NCBI GenBank assembly: GCA_963813715.1
Contig: CAWFAK010000008.1
Span: 160,001-224,000, forward strand
DNA length: 64,000 nt
Source of the DNA: an uncultured Planctomycetaceae bacterium
GTDB taxonomy: Bacteria > Planctomycetota > Planctomycetia > Planctomycetales > Planctomycetaceae
Direction: 5' to 3'
Positions 41,597-52,872 of the stretch are shown here, piece by piece. The notes below the pieces were generated by a model, which made no database searches, had not been told where the DNA came from, and saw only the letters and a program-made list of their open reading frames with translations. Positions within the stretch are counted from its first letter, which is position 1, and every line of letters starts with the position of its first letter. The position numbers and the translations under genes are program-made.

Positions 41597-43150
41597 ATGG
41601 CGTACCCAGTCTTCGAGCACCTCTCTCGGTTGGCTCAGCTGACTCGCTCGGCTTCCAAGACGCTGCGTATCCGGCTGATGGTCTGGAACGCCTGCCTGGT
41701 GCTCATCACGGCGCTCGCGTGCTTCCTGGGCGTCCGCGAGGGGCTGCGGCAAGCGCTCGTGGGCGGCATGGATAACGTGCTAACGGCAGACATTCGCGAA
41801 GTCGGATTCAACGTCGCCGACTTGCATGCCACCGCCGCCGACATTCGCTCCGCCGCCGCCGGCGAAGGTTCCGAGCAGGCGCGCCAGCTACTCAATAGCC
41901 TCAACCGCAAAGAAAGCGTGCACGAGCATAACGGCTGGTTCGTCGAGCTGCTCGACGGCGACGACAAGCGACTCTGGGCCAGCGATCTCACGCCCTCTCT
42001 GGGCGGCGCCGACAAAACTCAGCGCGACATGGTCCCCGTGAGCATCAGCGGCTATCGCGTGCTCGAGAATCGGCAACCGACGAGCCTGGGCCGGCCGCTG
42101 CGAATCCGCGTCGGCGCGCCGATGGACTTCATCGATCGCGATATCCGCAGCATCGACCGCATCGCGCTCCGCGGGGTGGTGCTGCTATTGATCGCTGCGC
42201 CACTCTTGGGCTACTGGCTGGCCCGTCGCGCCATTCGCCCGCTGTCCGACATCATCGAAACGACGGCCCGGCTGCGGCCCAACCGCATGGAGGAACGCCT
42301 GGCGATTCGCCAGACCGACGACGAGTTGGACCGCCTCTCGGCCACCGTCAACCAGTTCCTCGACCGCATCGCCGTCTACCTCACCCAAAGCAACAACTTG
42401 CTGGCCAACTCCGCGCACGAGCTGCGCACGCCGCTGGCCGCGATCCGCAGCTCGATCGAAGTGGCAATCGGCGGCACGCGCACGCCCCAGGAGTATCAGG
42501 AACTGCTTGCCGAAGTGATCGGCGAGTGCGCTTCACTGGAGCGTCTGGTCAATCAACTCCTGCTCCTGGCCGAGACCGACTCGGAGCTGATCCGCGCCCA
42601 CAGCGAAGAGGTCGACCTGAGCAGCGTCGTCGAGCGCTGCGCGGAGATGTTCAGCGCCGTCGCCGAAGCGCGGCAAGTCGAGTTGGTGACGGCCCTCGAG
42701 CCGCACGTCGCGGTGATGGGCTTCGGCAACCACTTGCGGCAAGTGGTCAACAACCTGCTGGACAACGCGATCAAATTCACTCAACCCGGCGGAACGGTCC
42801 GCATTGCGATCTTCCGCGAGGCCGGCTCGACCGTGCTCCGCATCGCCGACACGGGCAGCGGCATTCCGGCCGCCGATCTCCCGCACATCTTCGAGCGATT
42901 CTTCCGTGGCGATCGTTCGCGCCAGCGGATCGAGCAGACGACGGGCACCGGACTGGGACTGAGCATCTGCCAGGCGATCGTGGCCGCGCACCGCGGACGG
43001 ATCTTCGTCGAATCGCACGAAGGCGTCGGCACGACAATGACTGTGCAACTGCCGGAGTCGGTCGTCCCCCTTGCGCAGCGAGCCGCACGAGAAGGCAGCG
43101 AAACAGCCGAGCGAAATGCCGCCATGGTGTCGGCCCGATCGGACGGTTGA
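41597..43150 (+). CDS. HAMP-domain sensor histidine kinase
   Basis: Two TM helices, DELDRL, AHELRTPL, NLLDNAIKF, GTGLGL. Confidence 0.93.
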   Translation: MAYPVFEHLSRLAQLTRSASKTLRIRLMVWNACLVLITALACFLGVREGLRQALVGGMDNVLTADIREVGFNVADLHATAADIRSAAAGEGSEQARQLLNSLNRKESVHEHNGWFVELLDGDDKRLWASDLTPSLGGADKTQRDMVPVSISGYRVLENRQPTSLGRPLRIRVGAPMDFIDRDIRSIDRIALRGVVLLLIAAPLLGYWLARRAIRPLSDIIETTARLRPNRMEERLAIRQTDDELDRLSATVNQFLDRIAVYLTQSNNLLANSAHELRTPLAAIRSSIEVAIGGTRTPQEYQELLAEVIGECASLERLVNQLLLLAETDSELIRAHSEEVDLSSVVERCAEMFSAVAEARQVELVTALEPHVAVMGFGNHLRQVVNNLLDNAIKFTQPGGTVRIAIFREAGSTVLRIADTGSGIPAADLPHIFERFFRGDRSRQRIEQTTGTGLGLSICQAIVAAHRGRIFVESHEGVGTTMTVQLPESVVPLAQRAAREGSETAERNAAMVSARSDG

Positions 43151-43212
43151 GGCCGATCGGACAGTTGAATGCTGAGCGGCCGAATGCTGCACGGCCGGTC
43201 GCCGACGCGACC

Positions 43213-44567
43213 TTACTTGGCGTTGGCCAGCGCCGGCTCGTCTCGCGGATGGCCGTCGTCAGCCAGGCTCCTTCGATCAAGTTACGCGACGCGCCCTGGA
43301 GCGACTTGAGCGCGGCCAGCCGGGCCTCGAGCGCCGGTTTCGACTTCGGCTCGACCATCAGGGCCGCGTCGACCAGGCGGACCGCCGCAACCGGATCGCT
43401 CGCCGCCAGCGTTTTGGCCCGCGCGGCCACCGCTGCAGGACCGCCCGCCATCCGCACGAGTTCCGGCTCGGCCACGGTGGGCGGCCGGTCGTACATCGTG
43501 GCCGGGTTGAGGTCGAACCAGCCGACGTACCCGTCGAAAATTCCCCGCACCGACCAGTCGACCTTGCCGTAGGCTTCGCCCACGTTCAATTCGGGGGGCA
43601 GTTTGACCTCATGCATGAGCGTGAAGACGTCCTTGCCCTCGTTCATGCCTTTGACCGTTGCGTCGTGGACGTAGAGGATGGCGTTACGGTATCGCGTCAG
43701 CCGCTCCACGATTTTGTCTTTCCCCACAACCGGCTCGCCGTGGCTGGGAAGCACGATCTCCGGCTCGAGCGCAAGGATCTTGTTGAGCGAGGCGACGTAA
43801 TCGAGGGCCCAGCGCGGCTTGGTGCCGCGGAGCGTGTAGATGTTGGGAAACGATTCATAATAATTGTCGCCGACAAAGGCGGCCTTGTATTTTGGGACCC
43901 AGACGCAGAGGTGGTCATAGGTCTCGCCGGGGTTGGCGAATAGCTCGAACTTCGTGCCGCCCAGCTCGAACTCGTACTTGTCGTCGAAGGCGACCGCCGG
44001 CTCGAACTTCTTGTCGGGCACGCGGTCGAAGGCGTTGAGGGTGCCGATGTCGAGCCCGAATTGCGCCGCCCCCGTGCGATTGAGGTACGAGCGGAGCCGC
44101 TCCTGATAGCTGTTGAATTCCAGATAGTTGTGTTGCACGACCAGCTTGGTGTTTGGCTCCATCCAATAGCGCAGGCCGCCCGTGTGATCGTGATGGCCGT
44201 GTGTGAGGATCACATATCGGACGGGCGCGTCGCTCACTTTGCGCAAGAGTTCGTGGTGCTTTTTCGCGCTCACGGGGGACGACGTATCGATCACGACGTT
44301 GCCGTCATCCGTGCGAACCAGAAACGTGTTGCTGAAGCCGATGGCCAAGTAAATCGCGTCGTTGACCTTCCGCGCGGCCGTCTGCCGGTTTCCCATCCGC
44401 GAATAGTCATTGAGCGACAGTGGCGAGACCTGCGCGTGGGCCAAAGACGGAACCAGCCCTGCGCTCGCGGCAAGGACCAGCAGCGACGAGAGACCGACAC
44501 GCCATCTCCGGCGCGAGTTGGCAGCGGAACAGAAATGAGAAAGATTACGGAGCGGGCCAAAGCGCAT
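43213..44567 (-). CDS. Metallo-beta-lactamase fold alkyl/aryl sulfatase-like protein
   Basis: THGHHDH, PGETYD, FPNIYTLRG, LPSHG, YGKVDW...Y.GWFD.NP; likely true stop LANAK* after a frameshift. Confidence 0.82.
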
Positions 44568-44798
44568 GGCGTGGTTCCTCGGGACGATGTCGTTCAGGTT
44601 GACGGAGGCCGCTTCGTGCGGGCAGCGACCGTTTATCCGCTTTTTTGATCCGGCCGACAAGCTTTCGCGTTGGCCTCTGTGCGGACTCGCGGTCGGCCAT
44701 CAGCGGTATCGCGCGGCTGTTTTCGATAGACTGGCTGTGGCGCTTAGAATTGCCATTCGTGCCACGCCGATTGCGATCGGACCCACTGGAGAAGTTGG

Positions 44799-45569
44799 AT
44801 GAGCCTGGCGATTGAGACCCGCGGCTTGACGCGGTTTTTCGACAAGTTCTGCGCGGTCAATCGCATCGATCTCAAGGTCGAGAGCGGCATCTCGTACGGC
44901 TTCCTCGGGCCCAACGGTGCTGGCAAATCGACCACCATCAAAATGCTGACCGGGCTGTTGGCTCCCAGCTCCGGCCAGATCATGGTCCTCGGACGCAACA
45001 TGTCGAATCCGGCCGAGGCGCTCGATGCCAAGCGGCACATCGGCGTCGTTCCCGAAGACCTGGCCCTCTTCGACAACCTGACCGGACCCGAATATCTGAC
45101 GTTCGTCGGCCGCATGTATGGCGTGCCGGCGGACACCATCCGCAGCCGCACCGGCGACCTGCTTAAACTGATGTGCCTCGAGGGGGAAGAAAAGAAGCTG
45201 ACCCTCGAATACTCGCACGGAATGAAGAAGAAACTGGCCCTGGCCGCGGCTCTCTTGCCCAATCCCGATCTGCTGTTTCTCGACGAGCCCTTCGAAGGCG
45301 TGGATGCCGTCACCTCGCGCGTGATCCGCGACATGCTGACCGGCTACGTCTCGCGCGGCTCGACGCTCTTCCTGACGTCGCACGTGCTGGAGATCGTCGA
45401 GCGGCTCTGCACGCACGTCGGCATCATTGCCCATGGTGAACTGGTCGAGCAGGCCAGCCTCGACGACATTCGTCAGGGCAGCTCGCTCGAAACTCGCTTC
45501 CTGGAAAAAGTCGGCAGCGATTCGGCCGCCTCGAGGAAACTGGAGTGGCTCGAAGGGGCCGCGACATGA
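44799..45569 (+). CDS. ABC transporter ATP-binding protein
   Basis: GPNGAGKS, YSHGMKKK, LFLDEPF. Confidence 0.95.
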   Translation: MSLAIETRGLTRFFDKFCAVNRIDLKVESGISYGFLGPNGAGKSTTIKMLTGLLAPSSGQIMVLGRNMSNPAEALDAKRHIGVVPEDLALFDNLTGPEYLTFVGRMYGVPADTIRSRTGDLLKLMCLEGEEKKLTLEYSHGMKKKLALAAALLPNPDLLFLDEPFEGVDAVTSRVIRDMLTGYVSRGSTLFLTSHVLEIVERLCTHVGIIAHGELVEQASLDDIRQGSSLETRFLEKVGSDSAASRKLEWLEGAAT

Positions 45570-47494
45570 CGTGGCAGCACTTTCGCACGCTGGTCTGGCT
45601 GCGCCGGCGGCTGTTCCGCAATCGGATGAGGCGGGCCGGCAAGCTCAACGCCGTGGTGACGCGGATCTTCATGGCGATTGCGATCCTCGTCTCGGTCGGC
45701 TCGTTTTTCGCGGCGCTGGGATTGGGCATTCGCTTCCTGCCCCAGGCCACGCCCGATTATGTCCTGTTCATTTGGACCGGACTGACGGTGACGTTCCTTT
45801 TCGCCTGGATCATGGGAGTGATGACCGAGCTGCAGCGCTCGGAAGTCCTCTCGATCGAGAAGCTGTTCCACTATCCGATTTCTCCCGGCAGCGCGTTTCT
45901 GGTCAATTACCTCAGCTCGCTCGTCTGCGTGTCGCTGATCCTGTTTTTCCCAGCGATGCTCGGACTGGCGATCGCCTCGGTCGTGGCGCTGGGGCCTTGG
46001 ATGCTCATCAGCCTGCCGCTCTTGCTCGGCTTCGTGCTGATGGTGACTGCCGTGACCTATCAGTTCCGTGGCTGGCTGGCGACTTTGATGGTCAATAAGC
46101 GCCGCCGTCGCACGATCGTGGCATGCATCACCGGCGCGTTTATTCTGCTCAGCCAGTCGGGCAACTTCATCAACATGTTTGTTCAGGGAAGGCACCGGCA
46201 CGAACGTGACGGCACGGCCGACCAGTTTCACCGCCAATACGACCAGGCCGAGCGTGATTTGAAAGCGGCCAAGATCACGCCGAAGGAATATCAGGAGCGG
46301 ATCGAATCGATTGCCGCCGACCAGAAACGCCAAAACGAACAAGAGACGCAGCAGTTCCTGACCCAGGCAAAACGATGGGTCTCCACCGCCGATCTGGCAT
46401 TGCCCCCCGGCTGGCTGGCCTACGGCACGTTTCAAGCCGCCGAGCATCAGATTTGGGCGGGCCTCGTTGGGACTGTTTTATTGAGCGCGATCGCCGGCGC
46501 GAGCCTGCATCGCTCGTACCGCACCACTGTCCGGTTTTACCTGGGTGATTATCGCTCGGATCGTTCGACGGCCGACCTCGCGCCTACGACCGCGGCAATC
46601 CACGCACCCGTCCGCGCGACGATCGCGATCGGAGCGGTCGACGCGCCGGCGCCGGCAACGCTTGCCAACGCGCCATCGTTCGCGGGCATGGTCGGCAAGA
46701 GCGTCCCTGGGGTGCCCGAGCAGGCAGCAGCGACGGCGCTCGCGACCTTGCGGAGCCTCTTGCGAGCGCCCGAAGTCAAAATGATGCTGCTCACGCCGAC
46801 CATCCTGGGAGTGCTCTTCATGACGGGCAAGCTCGCAGGTCGTAACGGCATGAGTGGCGGGGCAGTCTCACCCGGGCTGCGGCCGATTTTGGCCCTCGGC
46901 ATCGTGACGACCGTCGTCGTGACCTTGTCGCAGCTCTTTCAGAATCAATTCGGGTTTGACCGCAACGCGTTTCGCACGTTTGTGCTCTCACCCGCTTCAC
47001 GCCGCGACATCCTGCTGGGAAAGAATCTGGCCCTGGCACCGATCGTGGCAGCGGCCGGCGCGATCTTTCTGGGTGTGCTGGAATACATGATGCCGCTGCG
47101 ACCGCTAGACTTTCTGGCAACCTGCGTGGAGTTGCTCTCGGCCTACTTGATCGTCTGCCTGGTCGGCAACCAGATGTCGATCCTGCTTCCCTCAACTGTG
47201 CGGCACGGTTCGATGCGCGGCTCTTCGGACACCAAGGTGCTCCGCGTGCTGGCCCGCTTCGCTGCCATGCTGGGGCAGCTCGTGGCGTTTGTTCCCCTCG
47301 CGCTCCCGTTGGGGATCGATTATCTGATCCACCAGTTCGCTTGGGGCCAGTGGATTCCCGCCTATCTGATCGTCTCGCTCTTGATGGCCCTCGTTCTGCT
47401 CTTCGTCTACCGAAACGTGCTCGAGTACCAGGGCGGACTGTTGCAGCGCCGCGAGCTGCGGATTCTCGAAGCCGTGACGGCCAAGGAAGACTGA
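45566..47494 (+). CDS. ABC-2-type exporter permease
   Basis: Many TM helices, NQFGFDR...ILLGKN; ATGA overlap with the ATPase. Confidence 0.8.
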   Translation: MTWQHFRTLVWLRRRLFRNRMRRAGKLNAVVTRIFMAIAILVSVGSFFAALGLGIRFLPQATPDYVLFIWTGLTVTFLFAWIMGVMTELQRSEVLSIEKLFHYPISPGSAFLVNYLSSLVCVSLILFFPAMLGLAIASVVALGPWMLISLPLLLGFVLMVTAVTYQFRGWLATLMVNKRRRRTIVACITGAFILLSQSGNFINMFVQGRHRHERDGTADQFHRQYDQAERDLKAAKITPKEYQERIESIAADQKRQNEQETQQFLTQAKRWVSTADLALPPGWLAYGTFQAAEHQIWAGLVGTVLLSAIAGASLHRSYRTTVRFYLGDYRSDRSTADLAPTTAAIHAPVRATIAIGAVDAPAPATLANAPSFAGMVGKSVPGVPEQAAATALATLRSLLRAPEVKMMLLTPTILGVLFMTGKLAGRNGMSGGAVSPGLRPILALGIVTTVVVTLSQLFQNQFGFDRNAFRTFVLSPASRRDILLGKNLALAPIVAAAGAIFLGVLEYMMPLRPLDFLATCVELLSAYLIVCLVGNQMSILLPSTVRHGSMRGSSDTKVLRVLARFAAMLGQLVAFVPLALPLGIDYLIHQFAWGQWIPAYLIVSLLMALVLLFVYRNVLEYQGGLLQRRELRILEAVTAKED

Positions 47495-47531
47495 ACGACG
47501 ACCCGAGTCGGGCCTAACAACGCGCAGAGTT

Positions 47532-48692
47532 TTACGAGGCCGAGCCGAGGGCCGCTTTCTCGCGCTTCGTCTTGCCGCTGAGGGGTCGCACCGAAGGCTC
47601 GACGAGCGCGGCTTCGATCGTGAGACCGGGACCGAAGGCCAAGAGGACACAGGGGCCCGGCACCTTGTTGCGGATCAGCCGCTCGGTGATGAACAGGATC
47701 GTGGGCGACGACATGTTGCCGAACTCGCCCAGGACGTCGCGCGACGTTTGAATTTCTTCCGGGGCGAGTCCCAGCGCGTCGATGCAGGCCTGCAGAATCC
47801 GCGGGCCGCCGGGATGAATGCCCCAGTGCGCAATCTCGCCGAGGTCGACGCCTTCGCTGGCCAGCCAGCCTTCGAGCCAGGCTTTGAGCGAACTCTGGAT
47901 TGCGTCCGGAACGCCCGACGAAAGGGTCATCTGAAATCCATGATCGCCGATGTTCCAGCTCATCAGGTCTTCGGTTTCGGGGACGACCATCGAGCCGGAC
48001 GAGAGCCAGCGCGGTTTGTCGGAGTCGGCCCCATCCTCGGCGTGGCCGCAGACGACGGCGGCTGACCCGTCGGCAAAAAGCGCGTTGGCGACGATCTGTT
48101 CCGGGTTCCAGCCATACTGGTGGTGCAGGCTGCAGAGTTCGATCGCGCAAACGAGGACGCGGGCATCCGGGTTCGCGTCGGCAAACGCGCGGGCGACGCG
48201 GAGCCCGTTGAGTGCTCCATGGCAGCCCATAAAGCCCACATGCGTCCGAGCGACCACCGGCGGCAGTCGCAGATCGCGGATCAACTGCACGTCGACTCCG
48301 GGGGCTGCGAAGCCGCTGCACGAAACCGTGATCAAATGTGTGATTTCAGACGCGTCGAGTGCGGCGTCGGACAGTGCTTTGCGGCAGGCTGTCGCGGCCA
48401 GGCCAGTCGCTGACTGCGCGTACTTCTGCATGCGTTCGGCCGTGGTCGGTCCGAGCGGGCCGCCTTCCTCGACCGAACGGTAAAAGTTCTGCCCGCCCGG
48501 CTGAGCCTGGGCGTCAGCCGTAAGCAGCACCGTGTGCCGTTTCCGCACGCCCGCGTGACGGTAGAGCGTCGGCAAAAGCCGCCGTTGTTTGTCCGTGAGA
48601 CCGCACAACAGCCCGGCGGCTTCCGCGGCGTCGGCCTGCTCGATCGACAGTTCGGGGACAGCCGTGCCGATTCCCAAGATGCAGACGCTCAT
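47532..48692 (-). CDS. Type III polyketide synthase
   Basis: Catalytic Cys-His-Asn in GFMGCHG, HPGGPRIL, GNMSS; AFGPGL. Confidence 0.95.
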   Translation of the reverse strand: MSVCILGIGTAVPELSIEQADAAEAAGLLCGLTDKQRRLLPTLYRHAGVRKRHTVLLTADAQAQPGGQNFYRSVEEGGPLGPTTAERMQKYAQSATGLAATACRKALSDAALDASEITHLITVSCSGFAAPGVDVQLIRDLRLPPVVARTHVGFMGCHGALNGLRVARAFADANPDARVLVCAIELCSLHHQYGWNPEQIVANALFADGSAAVVCGHAEDGADSDKPRWLSSGSMVVPETEDLMSWNIGDHGFQMTLSSGVPDAIQSSLKAWLEGWLASEGVDLGEIAHWGIHPGGPRILQACIDALGLAPEEIQTSRDVLGEFGNMSSPTILFITERLIRNKVPGPCVLLAFGPGLTIEAALVEPSVRPLSGKTKREKAALGSAS

Positions 48693-48703
48693 ACCGACTC
48701 CCT

Positions 48704-48745
48704 TTAAATGCGAGAGGAAACCTCTTAAATGCGAGAGGAAACCTC
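48704..48745. repeat. 21-bp tandem duplication with internal palindrome
   Basis: (ttaaatgcgagaggaaacctc)x2 between the oxidoreductase and the PKS. Confidence 0.8.
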
Positions 48746-50069
48746 TCGCGGCCGCGAACTCTTGTGCCGCGTTCGTTCCATCGATGACTGAATTGTAGAC
48801 GACCCCTGCAAATCGATGCCTTTGCCGGCGTTCCAGAAATGTCCGATCAGCGGCCGGACGAGGGTCGGCGCCACGCCGATGAGTGCCATTGCCGCGCGGA
48901 CGGCCGCCGGATTTCGCAGCAGGCCCGCCAGAATCCGACAGTCTCGCTGTCGCGGTGCGATCTGCGCAGGACCACGGCCGACCAGTCGTGTGCAAGCCGA
49001 CGGCATTCCCGTCGGGATGCCAAGCGATCATCGGCGGACTCAGCGGCGATCTCGACCGAGCCAATCGGCCACCATGGGTGCCGCGAGCACCGCCGACAGC
49101 ATGCCCCACGTCATTCCTTCGCCCGTGAACGGTTCGACGTAACCGGCCGCGTCACCGAGCACCAGCAGTCGCGGTGCGGCGGTGCGCCGACTGTGCCGCG
49201 TGAGCAGGCCCGTTCCCCGCCAATCAACGGCTTCGAGTCCCGTCGGTGGTTTCACGCCGGCTTGAGTGAAGATGTGCCGCACGGTTTCGGCCGGCCCGTG
49301 CTCGCGAACGTGGTTGGGATCGACGGCCGCCGCCAGATTGATGGCGTCGCCCGGCACTCGCACCAGACCGACATAGCCGTCGCGCGCGACCGACATCAAA
49401 ACACGTCCCGCGTCGATCTCCGCCGCCGTCCCCGGCAACGTGGCGCCGAGCCCAATTCGCGACGTCGCGGCGACGCGCGGCGCAAAGGCCCGATGCTGCT
49501 TGAGGCTCGTCCGTCCCAGGCCGTCGGCCACGAGCACCATTCGGGACTGCGCGACAAATCGACGATCATCCTGCTGCAGCACGAGCCGACGCAGACGGCC
49601 ACCCGCGGCGAGACCCCGAACGAGTGTCGTCGTCCCAGAGACGAACGCGACGCCCGCCTCCACTGTGTTGCGCACGAGCGCCGCGTCGAATGAGATTCGC
49701 GAGACCGCGGCGCCGGCCGGCAGATCGAAGGAGACGCGTCGTCCGCCCGCCGCGAGGTCGAATCGCCCCAGCGGCGCTGCATGCGAGGAGTCAAGCAGAT
49801 CGGCGAGCCCCACGCTCTCGAGCAGTCGTCGCCCCAAGCCACTGATGCAACCGCCGCAGACTTTTTCACGCGGAAACGAACTGCGATCAACGAGCAGCGT
49901 CCGCAGACCGAGCAATGCCACTTGCCGCGCGGCTAGCGCCCCGGTCGGCCCAGCTCCGATCACCGCGACGTCCCACGTCTTTGCCGCCGCCTCTTCGACC
50001 GTGAGGGTTGAATCGCAGGCCGGGGACTCCAGCTCGGTACGGACCTGTCGCTCGCCCGTGCACTCGCAA
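48725..50069 (-). CDS. FAD-dependent oxidoreductase (geranylgeranyl reductase-like; frameshifted near 49050; start uncertain)
   Basis: VIGAGPTG, FPREKVCGG, VADGLG, GDAAGYVEPFTGEGM. Confidence 0.85.
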
Positions 50070-50103
50070 TGGCTCAGAGCATCCGGCTCGAACGCCAGCT
50101 GGT

Positions 50104-50817
50104 TCAATCGCGGCTCCACTGTAAGAGAAAGCGACACGGCCAGCGCGGTTCGACGACGACTCCCGACAGCCCCCCCTGCCGAGCGACCTCGCGAATCTCT
50201 TTCATCGAGAAGGCAGATTGCACGGAACGGGGCCCGTCGACATGAACGATGGGCGAACGCGTCAGAAACCGGCAGCCCAGCCAAGCGAGCCCATAGCCGA
50301 AAGTCGAGCGGCACAAATCGTTCACCAGCACCAGCCGCTGGGCCGCCGCCGCCATTTTCCCCAATAGGGCCGACGCCGTTTCTTCCGGCAGATGATGCAG
50401 AAACAGCGAGCACATGACGACGTCGTATCCTTCCGGCAGCGGCGCATTGAGCACGTCCTGTCGGAAGAACTGTACATTCTCGACCTGACGCTCGCTGGCG
50501 CGGGCGGTGGCATAGCGCACGGCAAACGGGCTGACATCGCAGCCATCGACGAGCACGCGGGCACCGGCGCGAGCGGCCCGGCGGGCGACATCGATCGCCA
50601 CGTCACCGCCGCCGCTGGCCAAATCAAGCAGGCGCCAGGTGCGGGTCGCGTTGGTCGCAATCCGGCGTTCGAGGGCCTGCCAGAGGATGCGGCCGCTGCC
50701 GCTGAAGCGATTGATACGCCCCAGCCCTGCGAGAGCGGCGCGGTGCAAAGGCTCGCCCAGGCCTGGCTGATCCATCAGCTCGGGCTCGCGTTGGCGACAT
50801 CGGAAGCGGTTGAGCAT
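50104..50817 (-). CDS. SAM-dependent methyltransferase
   Basis: ELMDQP, LDLASGGGD, SLFLHHL, NDL, DGPRSV..AF. Confidence 0.88.
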   Translation of the reverse strand: MLNRFRCRQREPELMDQPGLGEPLHRAALAGLGRINRFSGSGRILWQALERRIATNATRTWRLLDLASGGGDVAIDVARRAARAGARVLVDGCDVSPFAVRYATARASERQVENVQFFRQDVLNAPLPEGYDVVMCSLFLHHLPEETASALLGKMAAAAQRLVLVNDLCRSTFGYGLAWLGCRFLTRSPIVHVDGPRSVQSAFSMKEIREVARQGGLSGVVVEPRWPCRFLLQWSRD

Positions 50818-51085
50818 TTTGATCCAGATGTCGGAACAGCCGGCCGCCCGGCCTGGAGGCCTGCATCCCAGCGGCCTCGTCTTGAGCGCAGGGATTCTAC
50901 CTTTTCCCGGGCAGCAACGCCATTCGTTCTCGCACGATCGGGCCTCAGAAACGACAATTAATTAGCAGTTTTTTCGCTACGAAAAATTCATCTCGAGGCG
51001 AAAAGGTCACCCAGCGCAGAAACTTAACTTTGCCCCGGGAGGCCGCGCTGATAGCATCGCGGCGGCTCGCAAGGAGGATCGGCCC

Positions 51086-51816
51086 ATGAAGCCACGCGTT
51101 GGACCACGACTTCGTCTCGTCTTGTTGGCAGCGGCTCTGGGCGCAACGGCCGCGGTGTTGGGAGCGACCGAGTGGGCGACTTGTCCCGCTTCGGCGCAGT
51201 CGCAGGCGCCCGATTGCCAGCGCCGGGATCCCCTGCCGCGCGGGCTTTGCGGGTGCGGGCAGGCGAACTCGATCCGGACCTGAGCCGCGTCTACATCTTT
51301 GTCGATAAGACCGGCTTCGGGCATCAGCACGGCGTCGAGGGCCGCATCAAGGCCGGCAACCTCCGCGTGGCGAAGGCGTCGGCCGGGCGAATCATCTTCG
51401 ACATGACCTCATTTCGCGCCGACACGAAAGAGGCGCGGCGCCGCGTCGGCCTCGACGGAACGAGCAGTGAACAGGAGCAAGAGCAAGTCACCGCCAACAT
51501 GGTCGGAGAAGCCGTCTTGGACGTCGAACATTTTCCGACGGCCACGTTTGTCGCCAACAGCATTCGCCACTTCGACGAACGCGATGCCGCGGGCAAGGCC
51601 CAGTTCTCGCTCGACGGCGACTTCACGCTGCATGGCACCACACGTGCCGTGCACATCACGGCCACCGGCGGGCAGGAAGAGGGCTACTTGCACCTGAAGG
51701 GGTCCTTTCCGCTGCGACAGACCGATTATGGGATTCGACCGTTCAAGAAGGCGCTGGGCGCGGTTGGCGTCGCCGACGTGCTCACAGTCTACGGCGATCT
51801 TTGGATCAAAAAGTAA
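51086..51816 (+). CDS. YceI family protein (frameshift near the 5' end)
   Basis: Signal peptide, GHQHGVEG, LDVEHFPTATF, GDFTLHGTTR, TDYGI.P. Confidence 0.8.
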
Positions 51817-51909
51817 GCGACGCCGAATGTCCGCGCGGAGTTGCGGAAAGCGGCCGGAACATGGGCGAAGTCGCCGGACAAACCGGCCTTAAAATCAGGA
51901 GCCTGACGG

Positions 51910-52810
51910 ATGATTTCGTGCCCGAGCGTCGAAAAGCGGGTGATCCGCACGCACTACAACCTGGCGACTCCGTTTTATCGCCTGCTGTGGGGTCGCCACA
52001 TTCATCACGGGCTGTGGGAAGGTTCCGAGAGCCCGGCGGAGGCGCAGCTCAAGCTCACGCAAACGCTCAGTCGCGAGGCCGGTCTGCAGGGCGGCGAACG
52101 CGTGCTCGACGTCGGCTGCGGCATGGGTGGCTCCTCGATTTACCTCGCCAAGACGCTCGGCTGCCATGTCACGGGCATCACGCTCAGCTCGGTCCAGCGC
52201 CGCTGGGCGTCCGTCGCCGCGCGACTGAACGGCGTCGGCCGCAAGAACGCGTTTTCTGGCCACCGACGCCGAGAGCGTCGAATTCGAGCCCGCATCGTTC
52301 GACGCCGTGTGGAGCGTCGAGTGCACCGAACATCTCTTCGACAAGCCGGCCTTCTTTCGTCGAGTGGCCGGCTGGTTGCGTCCGGGCGGCCGCGTGGCGA
52401 TCTGCGCGTGGCAAGCCGGCGACGGACAGCTGACTGCCGACGCCGAACGGCAGGTTTACGACGTGTGCGAGGGATTTTTCTGTCCGTCGCTGGGAAGCAG
52501 CGAGGACTATCGCGGCTGGTTCACCGACGCGGGGCTCTCCGTCGATCGCTATTTCGATTGGACGAGCCGGGTGGCGCAAACGTGGGAAATCTGCGAGCGG
52601 CGGGCCCGCTTTACCGGTGTCCATTTGCTGGCGCGGTGGATCGACAAGGATCAATTGATGTTTCTCGAACGTTTTCGGACAATCCTCCGCGCGTATCAGA
52701 GCGGCGCGATGACCTACGGCTGCTGGGTGGCGACGAAGCCGGGTGGAACGTCGGCCAACTCCACCGCAGCAACGGCGGCAACACCGCTCGCAGCGACGAC
52801 CTCACGTTAA
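51910..52810 (+). CDS. SAM-dependent methyltransferase, tocopherol/sterol C-methyltransferase-like (frameshift near 52250)
   Basis: WGRHIHHGLW, VLDVGCGMGGS, GITLS..Q, WSVECTEH..DK, LRPGG. Confidence 0.85.
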
Positions 52811-52872
52811 TAAGACGACAACGTCCTTGAATTGCCGACCCGCGGAGCGGGTGCTGGCTCGAAGGCGCAGGG

